From: Poseidonia sp.
GTDB taxonomy: Archaea > Thermoplasmatota > Poseidoniia > Poseidoniales > Poseidoniaceae
DNA length: 64,000 bases
Assembly (NCBI GenBank): GCA_049412325.1
Contig: JBMSEL010000007.1
Location: 4,626-68,625, forward strand
Reading direction: 5' to 3'
The position numbers were made by a program, and so were the translations under genes. Positions within the stretch are counted from its first letter, which is position 1, and the number at the start of each line of letters is the position of its first letter. The notes beneath the pieces were generated by a model, which had not been told where the DNA came from, made no database searches, and saw only the letters and a list, made by a program, of their open reading frames with translations. Positions 18,848 to 29,242 of the stretch are shown piece after piece.

Positions 18848-21800
18848 GTGAACACCGTGTTTGAACTGCCATTTGGAAAGCCCGTCAATGAATCCATTTC
18901 GCTTGAGGAGGGGGTGCTGCAGCCGTTTGCTCACGGCGTCATCTCAACCTTCGCAGGGCGACGCAAGACCCCGCAAGGGCATCGGCTTGTCCGTGCTGGC
19001 CGGGTCGTCGGTTACCTCTGTGACGCCGACAAAAAAGGCGTGATGCTGGGTGGAGAGGAAGCCAAAACGGCCCTCGAAGCCCTCGAAGCTCAACAGAAGG
19101 TGCGCCACGTCGCCTCATCCTACACCATCGCCCGCCTCGGTGCCCTAGCCGAACTTGTTCCGGAGGCCTTCGTTCACCAAGCCGACCGGCAGGGGCTGAA
19201 ATCGAGCAGCAATGCCGTTGAACGACTGCTTGCACGAGACCTCTCCACCGTGGTCAGAACACTGGCAGACAACATGACGGTACGGGGCGCCATGGCCATC
19301 GACAGCGGCATGCTCATCGACCATGCTGGCGATTTGCCCGGGCTGGGGGAAGAGGAACGCTTGGCCAGTGAACTCCACGAGTTAATGAGCGGCATGGGCC
19401 ATCAGTCCCTGCATGACGGCTGGGGCATGTCCGGTCAAAGCCACTGGACGCTCCATACCGATCGTGGTGCCTTGCTTCTGGCCCAAAGCGGCGAGATTTC
19501 CATTGCGGCATGGACAGAAAAGGACGCCAATCATGCCCGCCTGCTCTCCTCTGCCTCCATTGCGCTTGAAGGCGACCTCGTCGCTGCAGGCGCACACGGT
19601 TCGAAACTGCCCGAAGGATTCACGCTCCGAGAGGGACGTGGTGGACCTGATGCGGTGCTCTCCATGTTGAAAGCCGCCATGCAGGAAGAGGTGACAGGAC
19701 ACCTTCAGTCCGGCTCATCCAGCAAAGCGGTCTCACTCATCCTGTCCCGGGGGGTACCACTCGCCCTTTGGGCACCTTCGATGGACACGGAAGAAGAGGC
19801 CATGCTCGCCCTCACCGAAGCGAAACGCAAAGTGCAACTCATTCGCTTCCCAGCAGGCACCATCGTTTCGTCCAACTCAGGAACCGTGGAAGGGTTCACG
19901 TTGGCTGGTTTCATCGAAACCCTGGCCACCGTCCGTACTCGGTCGGAGGCTCGTCAAGCCTCACTCAAAGCGATGTTGGACGACCTGTTGGGCTTTGAGG
20001 CCAGCTTGGAGGCGCTCCGAGACGCACGTTCCAAACTCAAGTTCAACACCGGCGGTGCCGATGTTGCAGAGGCTTTGCCGGTGATGCGAGATCAAGCCGT
20101 CAGCGCCGTCGATGCAGGGCTGCGCCGCAAGCTCGAAATGGCTGAACAGCGCATTGATACACTCAACAAGGAGAAAGCCGTGTTGTCATCTCAGGTCAAA
20201 GCCCTCGAGAAGAAGAAAGATGCTGCACAAATCGTTGCGCGGGAAGCCACCGAATCACGCCAAGAAAACACCTCAGCGTTGGAAGAGGCGCACGCTCAAT
20301 TGAACACCATGCAAGTTGACCTCGCCCAAGCCCGATCTCAATGGGAAGAAGCCGAGTCCCGTGCAGAACGTCTCGTTCGGCGGGTCAACGAACTGGAGCA
20401 CCAAGTCAGCCAGCGGGCTGCCGAACTTGCGAAAGCGGTCGGTGATGCAGAAAGCAGTGCTGAACTGCAAACGATGCTTGAGGAACTCTCGTTGAAGGAA
20501 GCCGAACTGCAAGCCAACATCGCCGAAGGAAGCGAGCGCCTCAGCACCATTCGAAAGCAAAGCGAAGATGAAGAACGCCGCCTCCGGGTCTTGACCGAAC
20601 AGGTCAACACCAGCCGTGAGCGGCATGCACGCGCACAAGCCGACCTCATCAGCGTCCAAGAGCAAGTCCATGTCAACAACCTCGAGCTTGAAGCGGTTCG
20701 AAGCGAGGAGAAGCACGCACGCCAGCGCACTGAGGAAGACCGCCTTCGACGAGCCGAGGACGAAGCACGGCGAGCAAACATCCAGGCGGAGTTGCGAGAA
20801 CTCATGGACGAACGCCGCCAAGTACTCCGTGAATTGGGCGATCTTGGTGCACGTCGAGGGCACGCTGAAGCCGAATTGTCGACCTTGGTTGACAAAGCCA
20901 CCTCCCTGGCTGAGGCTCACGAAGAAGCCCTCGCTGACATCCAAGAAGCAGAGCGTTTGCGCGCCCGCTTGGCCGAAGAACCGCTTGCACAAGCCCTCTT
21001 GGATGACAACACGACCTTCCAGGGCTTGGGCCCTGTGCTGGAACGGCTCGAACACGCCCGGAGCCTCGGGTACTCGGTCACGATGCTTGACCGGGCGGTT
21101 GAACGAGCATTGCAAGTGATTCAAGGAACGGTCGACCATGTCGCTGCAACGCCACGACACCTGCTCTCCTCCGAGGTCATGACGCTGTTGGAGCGCCAAG
21201 TCCCACAAACAGCAGGAGCCGTCCGAGGATTGGCTCGCTGGTCAGTGCAACAACGATTGGAGCAACAACTCGGCGAAACCGTCAATCATGTCGTCGTGGA
21301 CCTTGAGCACCTGCTCGAAGATTTCGACCGTTCCATCACGATGCTTCGCCGTATCCGAAACGTGCTCGAGCAAGTCGAGCGACTCGGTGCACCGTCCCAT
21401 GAGGTCCACGCTCTGCTGGCCAATTGTCAGCGGCCTGAAGCCCTCCCAACCTTGGCCATGGGCACTCGGAAACTGATTCAGGTTGCGCTTGACGAGATCT
21501 ACCTCGAAGCCGACCAGCGTGATGCTGGCGAAGCCATTGGTTTGGAAGAGACGGCACGCGTCCTTGAGGAACTCATCACTCAACTCGATGCTTCGGGACT
21601 GACGGACGGACGACCCCGCGGCATGATGTGGGACTTCCAACGTGACGGGCTGCTTCCGTTTGAACGCGAATCCATTCCAGCCGAGCAACGCATTCCGGTG
21701 AACGAGGCCATGCTCGACGGCATGGAGCCTCACCTTGTGCAGGCAGAGGCCGTGGAAACCGTCGCTCCGGAGGCGAATGAAACCGTGGACGACGAGGGGT

Positions 21801-22039
21801 GGTCCCCCCTGCCGCCTCCCACCGATGAATCTCCTTCCGTGAACGAGACCGCTCCAGGAAGCGAATCGATCACATCAATGGACTCACTGGAAGACGAACG
21901 GGCCCAACTTGAGGCGGAACTTGCTCGCTTGGACGCTGAGCGCAGTCATCGCATCGCACATACTCCCGCTCCAGCAAGCAACGGTGCCGACACAGCGCTG
22001 GCCGACCTTGAGTCTCGCCTGTCCGACATTGAATTCTGA
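18848..22039 (+). CDS. Large (1063 aa) protein with N-terminal roadblock/LC7-like repeats, a ~600-aa coiled coil and an acidic C-terminus
   Basis: The N-terminal 330 aa contain roadblock-like segments (VRGAMAIDSGMLIDHAGDLPG...LLLAQSGEISIAAW). Residues ~400-1000 are heptad-rich (E/R/A/L/Q). GTG start coupled to the upstream roadblock gene. Confidence 0.6.
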   Translation: MNTVFELPFGKPVNESISLEEGVLQPFAHGVISTFAGRRKTPQGHRLVRAGRVVGYLCDADKKGVMLGGEEAKTALEALEAQQKVRHVASSYTIARLGALAELVPEAFVHQADRQGLKSSSNAVERLLARDLSTVVRTLADNMTVRGAMAIDSGMLIDHAGDLPGLGEEERLASELHELMSGMGHQSLHDGWGMSGQSHWTLHTDRGALLLAQSGEISIAAWTEKDANHARLLSSASIALEGDLVAAGAHGSKLPEGFTLREGRGGPDAVLSMLKAAMQEEVTGHLQSGSSSKAVSLILSRGVPLALWAPSMDTEEEAMLALTEAKRKVQLIRFPAGTIVSSNSGTVEGFTLAGFIETLATVRTRSEARQASLKAMLDDLLGFEASLEALRDARSKLKFNTGGADVAEALPVMRDQAVSAVDAGLRRKLEMAEQRIDTLNKEKAVLSSQVKALEKKKDAAQIVAREATESRQENTSALEEAHAQLNTMQVDLAQARSQWEEAESRAERLVRRVNELEHQVSQRAAELAKAVGDAESSAELQTMLEELSLKEAELQANIAEGSERLSTIRKQSEDEERRLRVLTEQVNTSRERHARAQADLISVQEQVHVNNLELEAVRSEEKHARQRTEEDRLRRAEDEARRANIQAELRELMDERRQVLRELGDLGARRGHAEAELSTLVDKATSLAEAHEEALADIQEAERLRARLAEEPLAQALLDDNTTFQGLGPVLERLEHARSLGYSVTMLDRAVERALQVIQGTVDHVAATPRHLLSSEVMTLLERQVPQTAGAVRGLARWSVQQRLEQQLGETVNHVVVDLEHLLEDFDRSITMLRRIRNVLEQVERLGAPSHEVHALLANCQRPEALPTLAMGTRKLIQVALDEIYLEADQRDAGEAIGLEETARVLEELITQLDASGLTDGRPRGMMWDFQRDGLLPFERESIPAEQRIPVNEAMLDGMEPHLVQAEAVETVAPEANETVDDEGWSPLPPPTDESPSVNETAPGSESITSMDSLEDERAQLEAELARLDAERSHRIAHTPAPASNGADTALADLESRLSDIEF

Positions 22040-22047
22040 AGATCGCC

Positions 22048-22293
22048 ATGACGACCGACGCCACCACACTCATGGCCAGACAAGAGACCATCGGGAAGCC
22101 GTACCCGCTTTGGATGGAACGGTTGCTGCTCTTGGGAGCGGTCACGGTGTTCATCTTCTCCCGGTCAACGGTCGCTGACATCGTGGATCAACCCGTGGTG
22201 AGCGTGTTGTTAACCTACATCGCCTTCCCGCTCGCCTTACTGGCAGGCGTGGAACTCTTGGGCCGGGCAATTCAAGGTTCAATGCGCTCATAA
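22048..22293 (+). CDS. Small (81 aa) two-TM membrane protein, last gene of the roadblock operon
   Basis: Hydrophobic helices LLLLGAVTVFIF and LLTYIAFPLALLAGV. Begins 9 nt after the upstream stop. Confidence 0.45.
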   Translation: MTTDATTLMARQETIGKPYPLWMERLLLLGAVTVFIFSRSTVADIVDQPVVSVLLTYIAFPLALLAGVELLGRAIQGSMRS

Positions 22294-23505
22294 TTGCGTG
22301 AAATCCTTGGTTTCCGGCTCAGGTGGAAGACGGCTTGTTTTGGATTGGATGAACCCAATCACGCGCTGCCACGGTATGAAGAAGCGCAGCACAGCCATGA
22401 TGCTCAGGAACAACAGCGCAGAGATGACCAGGCCGTAGGTCAGCGTCAGTTCAATCGATTCTGAGACTTGCCCAGCCCACTGACTTCCAGTGGTGTCCGA
22501 TACGATGGTCAGCAAGACCTTGTGGAAGCCCAACGCGACCATGGTGGCCAAACCGGTCAACCCCAAGAACAGGAAGGTATGTCGAAGATGGGTGTTGAGG
22601 ACGTTGTCCATCTGGCGGACATATTCGGGGTCGCGCTTGCATGATTCAGGGAGGCGGAAAGCGTACTCAAGGTTGCGAATCACGCCGTAGCTGGCCTCTT
22701 GAAACACCATGATGAGCACGGCGATGAGGATCAGGTTGAATTGTTCCTGTGTCACGAGTTTGAGCCCGAACAAGCCGATGGTAGGGTCGGAGGTTTGACT
22801 CTCCAACGTGGCCAACGCCCCGCCGTAGGAGCCCAACTGAGATTTGATGAGCGGGAAGGTCAAGATGGCGTGAATGCCGAGGAACAGGAGCGTGAAACCG
22901 ATAGCCCATGCGATGGAACGGCGAGACAGGCCCCAAATGCCACGTGTTCCCATGATGACTGGGAGGAGATAGATGAAGAGAATAAGCAAGGACATGATCA
23001 TGAGCAACGGCCACTGAAGGGTTTCCAGCTCGTCGTTGGTCGGGAATCGTAGGTCAAAGGAAAACAACATACCAGCAAACCAAGACAACACCAAACGCCC
23101 GATCAACAACAGAATGAGGCCAACGATGAAACCGAGTTTGATGCGTTGTTGCACCTTGGGGGACTGGAAGGCAATGAACGCCATGACACCACCAAGGCCC
23201 AATCCCAACACGAGCGGTACAAAGAACCGGGCCATACCTGTACGGCCCTCACCGGTCAGCCAGTCGCCGAGTGGGAGTTGGTCTGAAATGAGCAACTCGA
23301 TGGAATCGAACAGGATGGTATGGTCGATGGAACCGACAACATAGGTCGAAACGACCTCGAGGTACATACCGATCAGCGCGATGGTGGCGACCACCTGCAG
23401 CGCAATGATTTGCCATTGACGTCGAAGCGTCTTGAGGTGCAGCGTACGGGGCTTCGCCGCCCCGTCAAGGTAGACGTCCGATTGGAGACCCACTTCGCCT
23501 GCCAT
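22288..23505 (-). CDS. Polytopic membrane protein (~9 TM), terminal gene of the DUF4350/DUF58 operon
   Basis: 405-aa ORF with many hydrophobic helices. Its start overlaps the DUF58 gene stop (ATGA-type coupling). Confidence 0.55.
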   Translation of the reverse strand: MAGEVGLQSDVYLDGAAKPRTLHLKTLRRQWQIIALQVVATIALIGMYLEVVSTYVVGSIDHTILFDSIELLISDQLPLGDWLTGEGRTGMARFFVPLVLGLGLGGVMAFIAFQSPKVQQRIKLGFIVGLILLLIGRLVLSWFAGMLFSFDLRFPTNDELETLQWPLLMIMSLLILFIYLLPVIMGTRGIWGLSRRSIAWAIGFTLLFLGIHAILTFPLIKSQLGSYGGALATLESQTSDPTIGLFGLKLVTQEQFNLILIAVLIMVFQEASYGVIRNLEYAFRLPESCKRDPEYVRQMDNVLNTHLRHTFLFLGLTGLATMVALGFHKVLLTIVSDTTGSQWAGQVSESIELTLTYGLVISALLFLSIMAVLRFFIPWQRVIGFIQSKTSRLPPEPETKDFTQL

Positions 23506-23507
23506 CG

Positions 23508-24761
23508 CTAGTACCCCCTCACCTGCATCAAGGCCTGCGACAAATCCATGTCAGGCATCCAATCAATCACTTGGGCTCCGGAACCGGCGAGCGTGGTCAA
23601 ACGGTTTTGGCGTTCCAGCTTCAGCACTTCATAGGACATGCGAGGGATACGACTCACCAAGCGTTCGAAATCAACACTGGACGGTGAGAGCACGGTGACT
23701 TCGTGGCCGCGACCAACCAGGTCTCGAACAGCGGCCGGCACGGTACCGTCGCCTTCACACGAGGAAATGATGAACACCGGGCTGCCTCGGCTAAATCGTC
23801 CACTCAGCGAGTTGGTGACGGCTTGAAGCGGCATGGCGCCTTTGGGAAGGACGCCCGCAAGGGCACTCAGGATCTTGAAGTACTGCTTGTCCCCGGTGTC
23901 GGGCGGCAAGTAAGCGAGCTTCTCGTCGTAAATGGCCAAGGCCACGGAATCCCGGCGCTTCAAGAAGAACGCTGCGAGACTGGCGGCCGAGACGGTGCCC
24001 ATTTCGAGAGGATTCTTGAGCACGGTACCGATTCGAGCTAAGTCACGGCTATCGAGAATGAGGTAGAGGTCGGTGACGGCGTCTCGACACTTTTCGTTGA
24101 CCATCAACTCCCCGGTTCGAGCGAAGGCTTTCCAGTTGATGTTCTTGAACGGGTCGCCGGGAACGTACTCTCTGAGGGAGTAGAATTCTGAGCCTTGACC
24201 GGGCGTGCGTAGGGTCGTCGCACCGGTGTACATCTTTGGCGTACGGCTGCGCAGGAAGGCTTCCTCAATGTCCTTGATTTGCGGGAAGATGACGATGTCG
24301 CTGTGATGGTCAACGTACATCTCTTCAACACCCAAGTTGAACGTGTTGCGGGCACGCAACGACACCGGACCGATGGAATAGTGGCCTCGAAGTGGGCAGC
24401 GAAGGACGTAGCGAATGCGGGCGCTTTCCCCGGGTTTGAGGTTGAGTTGCATTTGGTTGAGTCCACTGCGCAACTTCATCTCGTGAGGGATGTTATCGTA
24501 GATGTCGAGCATCTGCGTCTTTCGATTGCTGCGGTTGGTCACCAGCAATTCCACGTACAGGTCGTCGCCCTTGTACAAGTTGTCAGCCGAGAGCGTTCGC
24601 TGAACTTCAACATCGCCATGACCGGAAATCCATGAATTCACCACAATGAAGGCGATGAGGCTCAAGCCGAGGATCATCATCTGTTGGTTGGAAATCATCA
24701 TTCCGATGAGCACCAGCGCAATGCCGCCGGTGAAGGTGAAGGCTGCTTTTCTCGTCCACAT
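23508..24761 (-). CDS. DUF58 family protein (vWA-like, usually MoxR-associated), N-terminally membrane-anchored
   Basis: Hallmark block EFYSLREYVPGDPFKNINWKAFARTGELMVNE, two N-terminal TM helices, ~417 aa. Confidence 0.8.
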   Translation of the reverse strand: MWTRKAAFTFTGGIALVLIGMMISNQQMMILGLSLIAFIVVNSWISGHGDVEVQRTLSADNLYKGDDLYVELLVTNRSNRKTQMLDIYDNIPHEMKLRSGLNQMQLNLKPGESARIRYVLRCPLRGHYSIGPVSLRARNTFNLGVEEMYVDHHSDIVIFPQIKDIEEAFLRSRTPKMYTGATTLRTPGQGSEFYSLREYVPGDPFKNINWKAFARTGELMVNEKCRDAVTDLYLILDSRDLARIGTVLKNPLEMGTVSAASLAAFFLKRRDSVALAIYDEKLAYLPPDTGDKQYFKILSALAGVLPKGAMPLQAVTNSLSGRFSRGSPVFIISSCEGDGTVPAAVRDLVGRGHEVTVLSPSSVDFERLVSRIPRMSYEVLKLERQNRLTTLAGSGAQVIDWMPDMDLSQALMQVRGY

Positions 24762-24772
24762 GGCCTTTCACC

Positions 24773-26395
24773 TCACTGGCGCCCCCACGCCTTGATCCGT
24801 TTGACCAGCGCCACCGTTTGCTCAAGCGTGTATTTGTTGCTGGATTCAATGGCAAATTTGGCCAACACGGGGTCGTTGATCATCGAGACCAGTTCGTTGG
24901 CCTGCATCGCCTGGAATTCCTCTCGGTTCAGTCCGTTTTGATTGCGGACCTTGGACAGGAATACCTGTCGGATTTTCTCAACTTTGGAATAATAGGCGTA
25001 GCGATTCGCATCGCCAAAGCCGTAGTAGATGATGCTGAAGACGTGACGCCATGGTTCGGGGTCGCGCTTCTTGATGAGAACCGCCTCGAAGGTGATGAAC
25101 AAAATCAGGAACAACAAGAGCATGGCCAGACCCTCACCGGTGAAGTAGACCAGGAGGAAATAGACGGTGTTGTAGGAATCAGCCGCCAAGGCGCTTTGGG
25201 GATGGCGGCTCTCATCAAAGATGACCATGGCGTTCTCGGCAGGTTCACCCACTTCGTCAACGAGTTCACTCATGAGGGCCTCAGCAATGAAGTCCAACGC
25301 CCACTTGCGGTTGTCGTTCGCGGGCATCAGCGTGTCGGTTGGTCCATATTTTCCTTCGTTGAACCCTTCGTAGTCGTACATGGCGTTGATCAGCGCAGAG
25401 CCGTCGGCCACGAAGACGATGCGCCCCCCGTCCGAAGGGGAGCAACTCGCACGGGCGCAGGCCTCGATGCTGAGGTTGAATTGCCCCCAACGGTCAGGCG
25501 TTTCGGGTGTGATTTCGTTGCCCACCCAAATTTCACCGTCGCCGTTGACGTCGACCGTTGCTTCGTTGCTGGTCAAGGCGCGAACAGCGACCTCACTGAG
25601 CGGCCCACGCACACCGGGGATGACCTCAAGACCGGTGATGTTGTTGAGAAGCAACTGGTAGCTGCCGTTGTAGTCCACGCGGCCGTTGATCATGTGCTGA
25701 GCACACAGCGGTGCTTCGCCCACCACGAAGCTCTGTTCATCGAGTTTCGAACAAGGATGCTCGCCGGGCCCACCAACGTCGGCCCAGCGGTCGTGGGAGG
25801 AAAGGGTTGAGGGGTCCAACTGGGTGCCGTTCATGCCGCATGGGTTGCTTTGCACGCACATCCAGATGTAGTTGAAATCCAATTCCGTGGCGTAGGTTGT
25901 GTCAAACACCTGTTCACCCGTGAAGCGAATACCGAACGCCTCTGCGATGGTGTTCGCATAGCCGTAGTCTTCCATCACCATGGCGGTGCCGCCGGCTTCA
26001 ACAAACTCAACGATGGCGTTGATTTCAGAGGGAGAATAGCCGTTGCCTGAGGCGATGGTGATGAAACCGTCGTCATCAAATTGAGGCAGTGAAAGGGTAT
26101 CTCGCTCAACTCCGGCCAAGATGTAGGTGGTGTTGCGAGGGTCCTCAATGTCCGCCAACAAAAGCGGACTGCTCACCAAGGAGCGGGTTTCGATGCCCAT
26201 GGATTTGATATCGGCACGGAAGGCCGACATGTCGTCCCAATCGTCATCGTAGGCCGATAGCTGGTCGGTAGCACTGAGGTTGATGAAGTTCAACAATATG
26301 GTCATCAGCAAGATGAGCATGACCGCCCAAAACGACGCTTGAAGGGCGAGCCTTCGGGCGTTGATGTTGGCAGGAAGACCGAGCATGCAAATCAC
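24773..26395 (-). CDS. DUF4350-like membrane protein (N- and C-terminal TM segments flanking an extracytoplasmic domain)
   Basis: N-terminal TM (FWAVMLILLMTILLNF), blocks ...AIVEFVEAGGTAMVMEDYGYANT... and ...AENAMVIFDESRHPQ..., a C-terminal TM (VYFLLVYFTGEGLAMLLLFLILFI). First gene of the operon. Confidence 0.55.
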   Translation of the reverse strand: MICMLGLPANINARRLALQASFWAVMLILLMTILLNFINLSATDQLSAYDDDWDDMSAFRADIKSMGIETRSLVSSPLLLADIEDPRNTTYILAGVERDTLSLPQFDDDGFITIASGNGYSPSEINAIVEFVEAGGTAMVMEDYGYANTIAEAFGIRFTGEQVFDTTYATELDFNYIWMCVQSNPCGMNGTQLDPSTLSSHDRWADVGGPGEHPCSKLDEQSFVVGEAPLCAQHMINGRVDYNGSYQLLLNNITGLEVIPGVRGPLSEVAVRALTSNEATVDVNGDGEIWVGNEITPETPDRWGQFNLSIEACARASCSPSDGGRIVFVADGSALINAMYDYEGFNEGKYGPTDTLMPANDNRKWALDFIAEALMSELVDEVGEPAENAMVIFDESRHPQSALAADSYNTVYFLLVYFTGEGLAMLLLFLILFITFEAVLIKKRDPEPWRHVFSIIYYGFGDANRYAYYSKVEKIRQVFLSKVRNQNGLNREEFQAMQANELVSMINDPVLAKFAIESSNKYTLEQTVALVKRIKAWGRQ

Positions 26396-26489
26396 GAGGG
26401 AAGGATTCCCAGCCTAAACACGCCCCGTACTGACTTTAGAAGGTTGTCCACACGAGTGGGGAAAATGCTCACGCGTACTTCGTTTCGCC

Positions 26490-26735
26490 TCATACATTGA
26501 GGTGGATGTTTTCGGCTATTCGAGCCACGGCCGTCCCTGGTATGTGAACGGTAGCGCCGGTGTTCTCAAACGGCAACGCAGCGGCGTCCACGGTCGCTTC
26601 AACTTGGACGAGCAGTTCGCTGATCACACCCGTGTTCAAATCAAAACTCAGGTCCACGAGCGATCCCAACACGGCCCCGGTACGGTCCACCACGTTGTTT
26701 CCGATGATTTCACGACCAAAAATCGCCACTTGCAT
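26490..26735 (-). CDS. PRC-barrel domain protein (81 aa)
   Basis: VAIFGREIIGNNVVDRTGAVLGSLVDLSFDLNTGVISELLV matches PRC-barrel topology. Confidence 0.55.
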   Translation of the reverse strand: MQVAIFGREIIGNNVVDRTGAVLGSLVDLSFDLNTGVISELLVQVEATVDAAALPFENTGATVHIPGTAVARIAENIHLNV

Positions 26736-26793
26736 CGGCCTCCTGTGCCGTTCGTCCGGGCTGGAATCACATCAATGCGTCGGTGTTCAATCC

Positions 26794-29022
26794 TCACATC
26801 GTTTCGATGCCACGACTGAAATCTCGGTTTCGCTTGATGTTGGTCAAGCCCGAGGTCAGGCGGGTTTCCATCTTCTGGTAGTAGTCAAGCATGTCAGGGG
26901 TCACGGTCGGTCGAACACGAGAAATCGCTTCTTCGAAATGCCCCTTGGTGACCTTCTTCTTGCCTGCTCGCATGCAAATCAGCGCTGCTTCACGACACAC
27001 CGCTTCGATGTCGGCACCGGTGAAGCCGTCCATGCCCGTCAAGATGTCCTTGAACGAGAATTTGGACAGCGGCATGCCTTCGCTGTGAATTCGGAAGATG
27101 GATTCACGAGCCCCTGCGTCGGGCGGTGGCACGTGAAGCACACGCTCAAAGCGCCCACTGCGCAACAGAGCAGGGTCGATCATCTCAGGTCGGTTGGTCG
27201 CCGCCACGATGATGACGCCATCAAGGGATTCAACACCGTCCATGCTGGCAAGGAGTTGGTTGACCACGCGGTTGCCAACATCGCTGCCTTCGGAGGCGCT
27301 GCCACCGCTTCGCATCGAAGCAATGGACTCGAATTCATCAAGGAAAATGATGGACGGCGCTGATTGCTTGGCCTTCTTGAAGATCTCGCGAATGGCTCGC
27401 TCGGATTCACCCACCCATTTGGAGATGAGTTCTGGACCCTTGATGCTGATGAAGTTCGCCTGTGCTTCGTTGGCGATGGCCTTGGCCAGCAGCGTCTTGC
27501 CGGTCCCGGGAGCGCCGAACAGAACGATGCCTCGAGGCGGCTTGATGCCGAAGTGCTCAAACAACTCAGGTTTGGTCAACGGCCATTCCACCGATTCCTT
27601 CAGACGGTCCTTGACCTCCAACAGACCACCGACGGCGTCCCAGCCGACTTCGGGGACTTCAACGTAAATCTCACGAAGCGCAGACGGTTCAATGTCTCGG
27701 ATGGCTTCCTTGAAGTCGTCCATGCAGACCTCCATCTTCTCGAGCACCTCGGGTGGAAGCGTCTCTTCATCAAGGTCGATTTCAGGGAGGTAGCGACGTA
27801 GCGCACGCATGGCCGCCTCACGAACAAGGGCCGCAAGGTCAGCACCGACAAACCCGTAGGTGTTGTCGAGGACCCATCCAACATCAAAGTCATCGGCGAT
27901 GGGCATCTGACGGGTATGAACGTCCATGATTTCGCTTCGACCATCTCGGTCGGGCACGCCAATCTCAATTTCTCTGTCAAAGCGGCCCGGGCGTCGCAGG
28001 GCTGGGTCGAGTGCATCGCGTCGGTTGGTGGCGCCGATGACCACCACGTTGTCACGGCCCTGCATGCCGTCCATCAGGGTCAGCATCTGAGCGACCACAC
28101 GTCGCTCAACCTCACCGGTGACGTCTTCACGCTTGGGGCAAATGGAATCAATTTCGTCAATGAACACGATGGCTGGGGCGTTGTCGGCGGCCTCATCAAA
28201 AATTTCACGGAGTTGTTTTTCGGATTCTCCGTAATACTTTGAGATGATTTCTGGGCCGTTGATGCTCTTGAAGTGGGCGTTGACCTCGGTGGCCACCGCC
28301 TTGGCGATCATCGTCTTCCCTGTGCCGGGTGGCCCGTGGAGCAGGACACCCTTGGGCGGGTCGATGCCGAGGCGACGGAAGAGTTCGGGATGCTTGAGCG
28401 GCAGCTCGATCATCTCACGCACCTTCAGAAGTTGCTGACCTATCCCACCGACGTCTTCGTAGGTGATGCCTTCGGATTGCCCGACGTCTTCCTCGGCAAC
28501 CGCTTCGTCTTTGATGACGATCTCGGTGTCGGTTGTGACGACCACGATGCCCTTGGGCACGGTTTGGACGACAGCGAACGGCAAGGCCTCAGCAAAGAGG
28601 GTCATACCGGGGATGAATATGCGGTCGCCGGCCACGACCGGTCTTTTCGCAAGGCCTCGCTTGGCAAAGCCTTCAATGCCGGGGCCGAACTTGACCTTCT
28701 GCTTGTTGGCCATCACCGGTGAAATCGTGAGTTTGGTGCAGGTCTTGGCCTCCACCTTGCGAACCGTGACACGATCACCCAGGCTGACACCAGCGTTCTT
28801 GCGGATGATGCCGTCCATTCGAATGATGTCCATCTTGGCATCCTCGGGGCGGCTGCGCCAGTAAATGGCGGCCGTAGAACGCTCATCACCGCTGATTTCA
28901 ACGAAGTCACCGGGTTTGAGGTCCAACCCCATTTCCGAGGAGATGCGTGCCCTACCGAACCCGACGTCGGAGGGGATGGCTTTCGATACGCGCAATTCAG
29001 TGGTGTCATTCTTGTCTGCCAT
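26794..29022 (-). CDS. cdc48: CDC48/VCP-like AAA+ ATPase (N domain plus D1 and D2)
   Basis: N-terminal double-psi/beta-clam region, two Walker A motifs (GPPGTGKT and GAPGTGKT), Walker B DEID/DEFE, 742 aa. Confidence 0.95.
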   Translation of the reverse strand: MADKNDTTELRVSKAIPSDVGFGRARISSEMGLDLKPGDFVEISGDERSTAAIYWRSRPEDAKMDIIRMDGIIRKNAGVSLGDRVTVRKVEAKTCTKLTISPVMANKQKVKFGPGIEGFAKRGLAKRPVVAGDRIFIPGMTLFAEALPFAVVQTVPKGIVVVTTDTEIVIKDEAVAEEDVGQSEGITYEDVGGIGQQLLKVREMIELPLKHPELFRRLGIDPPKGVLLHGPPGTGKTMIAKAVATEVNAHFKSINGPEIISKYYGESEKQLREIFDEAADNAPAIVFIDEIDSICPKREDVTGEVERRVVAQMLTLMDGMQGRDNVVVIGATNRRDALDPALRRPGRFDREIEIGVPDRDGRSEIMDVHTRQMPIADDFDVGWVLDNTYGFVGADLAALVREAAMRALRRYLPEIDLDEETLPPEVLEKMEVCMDDFKEAIRDIEPSALREIYVEVPEVGWDAVGGLLEVKDRLKESVEWPLTKPELFEHFGIKPPRGIVLFGAPGTGKTLLAKAIANEAQANFISIKGPELISKWVGESERAIREIFKKAKQSAPSIIFLDEFESIASMRSGGSASEGSDVGNRVVNQLLASMDGVESLDGVIIVAATNRPEMIDPALLRSGRFERVLHVPPPDAGARESIFRIHSEGMPLSKFSFKDILTGMDGFTGADIEAVCREAALICMRAGKKKVTKGHFEEAISRVRPTVTPDMLDYYQKMETRLTSGLTNIKRNRDFSRGIETM

Positions 29023-29039
29023 GGTACTCCCTCTTCTCC

Positions 29040-29125
29040 AATCAACATTTCACGGTATATAATGAAATTCAAGCGGAACTTTCGCCTGTGGTGTATACTT
29101 GTCCCGAAGGGCCACTATAAACCCC
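29040..29125. promoter_or_regulatory. Divergent promoter region between cdc48 and the aldehyde dehydrogenase gene, with TATA-like boxes (ggtatataatg, tgtatactt, ctataaacc)
   Basis: AT-rich hexamers at archaeal TATA-like spacing from both start codons. Confidence 0.4.
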
Positions 29126-29242
29126 GGCCCGTGGGTCTTTGAACCTTGGAGGCCGATGCGTGGAAGCCACGCCATCACATTCAAGAGACGGGTCAAATTC
29201 GCCACAAGCATGGTTCACGTTCTCGAAACCGGATTAGAATAC

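Noticed and set aside
29099-29242. 48-aa N-terminal extension of the aldehyde dehydrogenase ORF
   Set aside because: The extension has no similarity to ALDH N-termini, and the ALDH family start aligns with MEIDNP at 29243. It was likely the ORF-finder's longest-frame choice.
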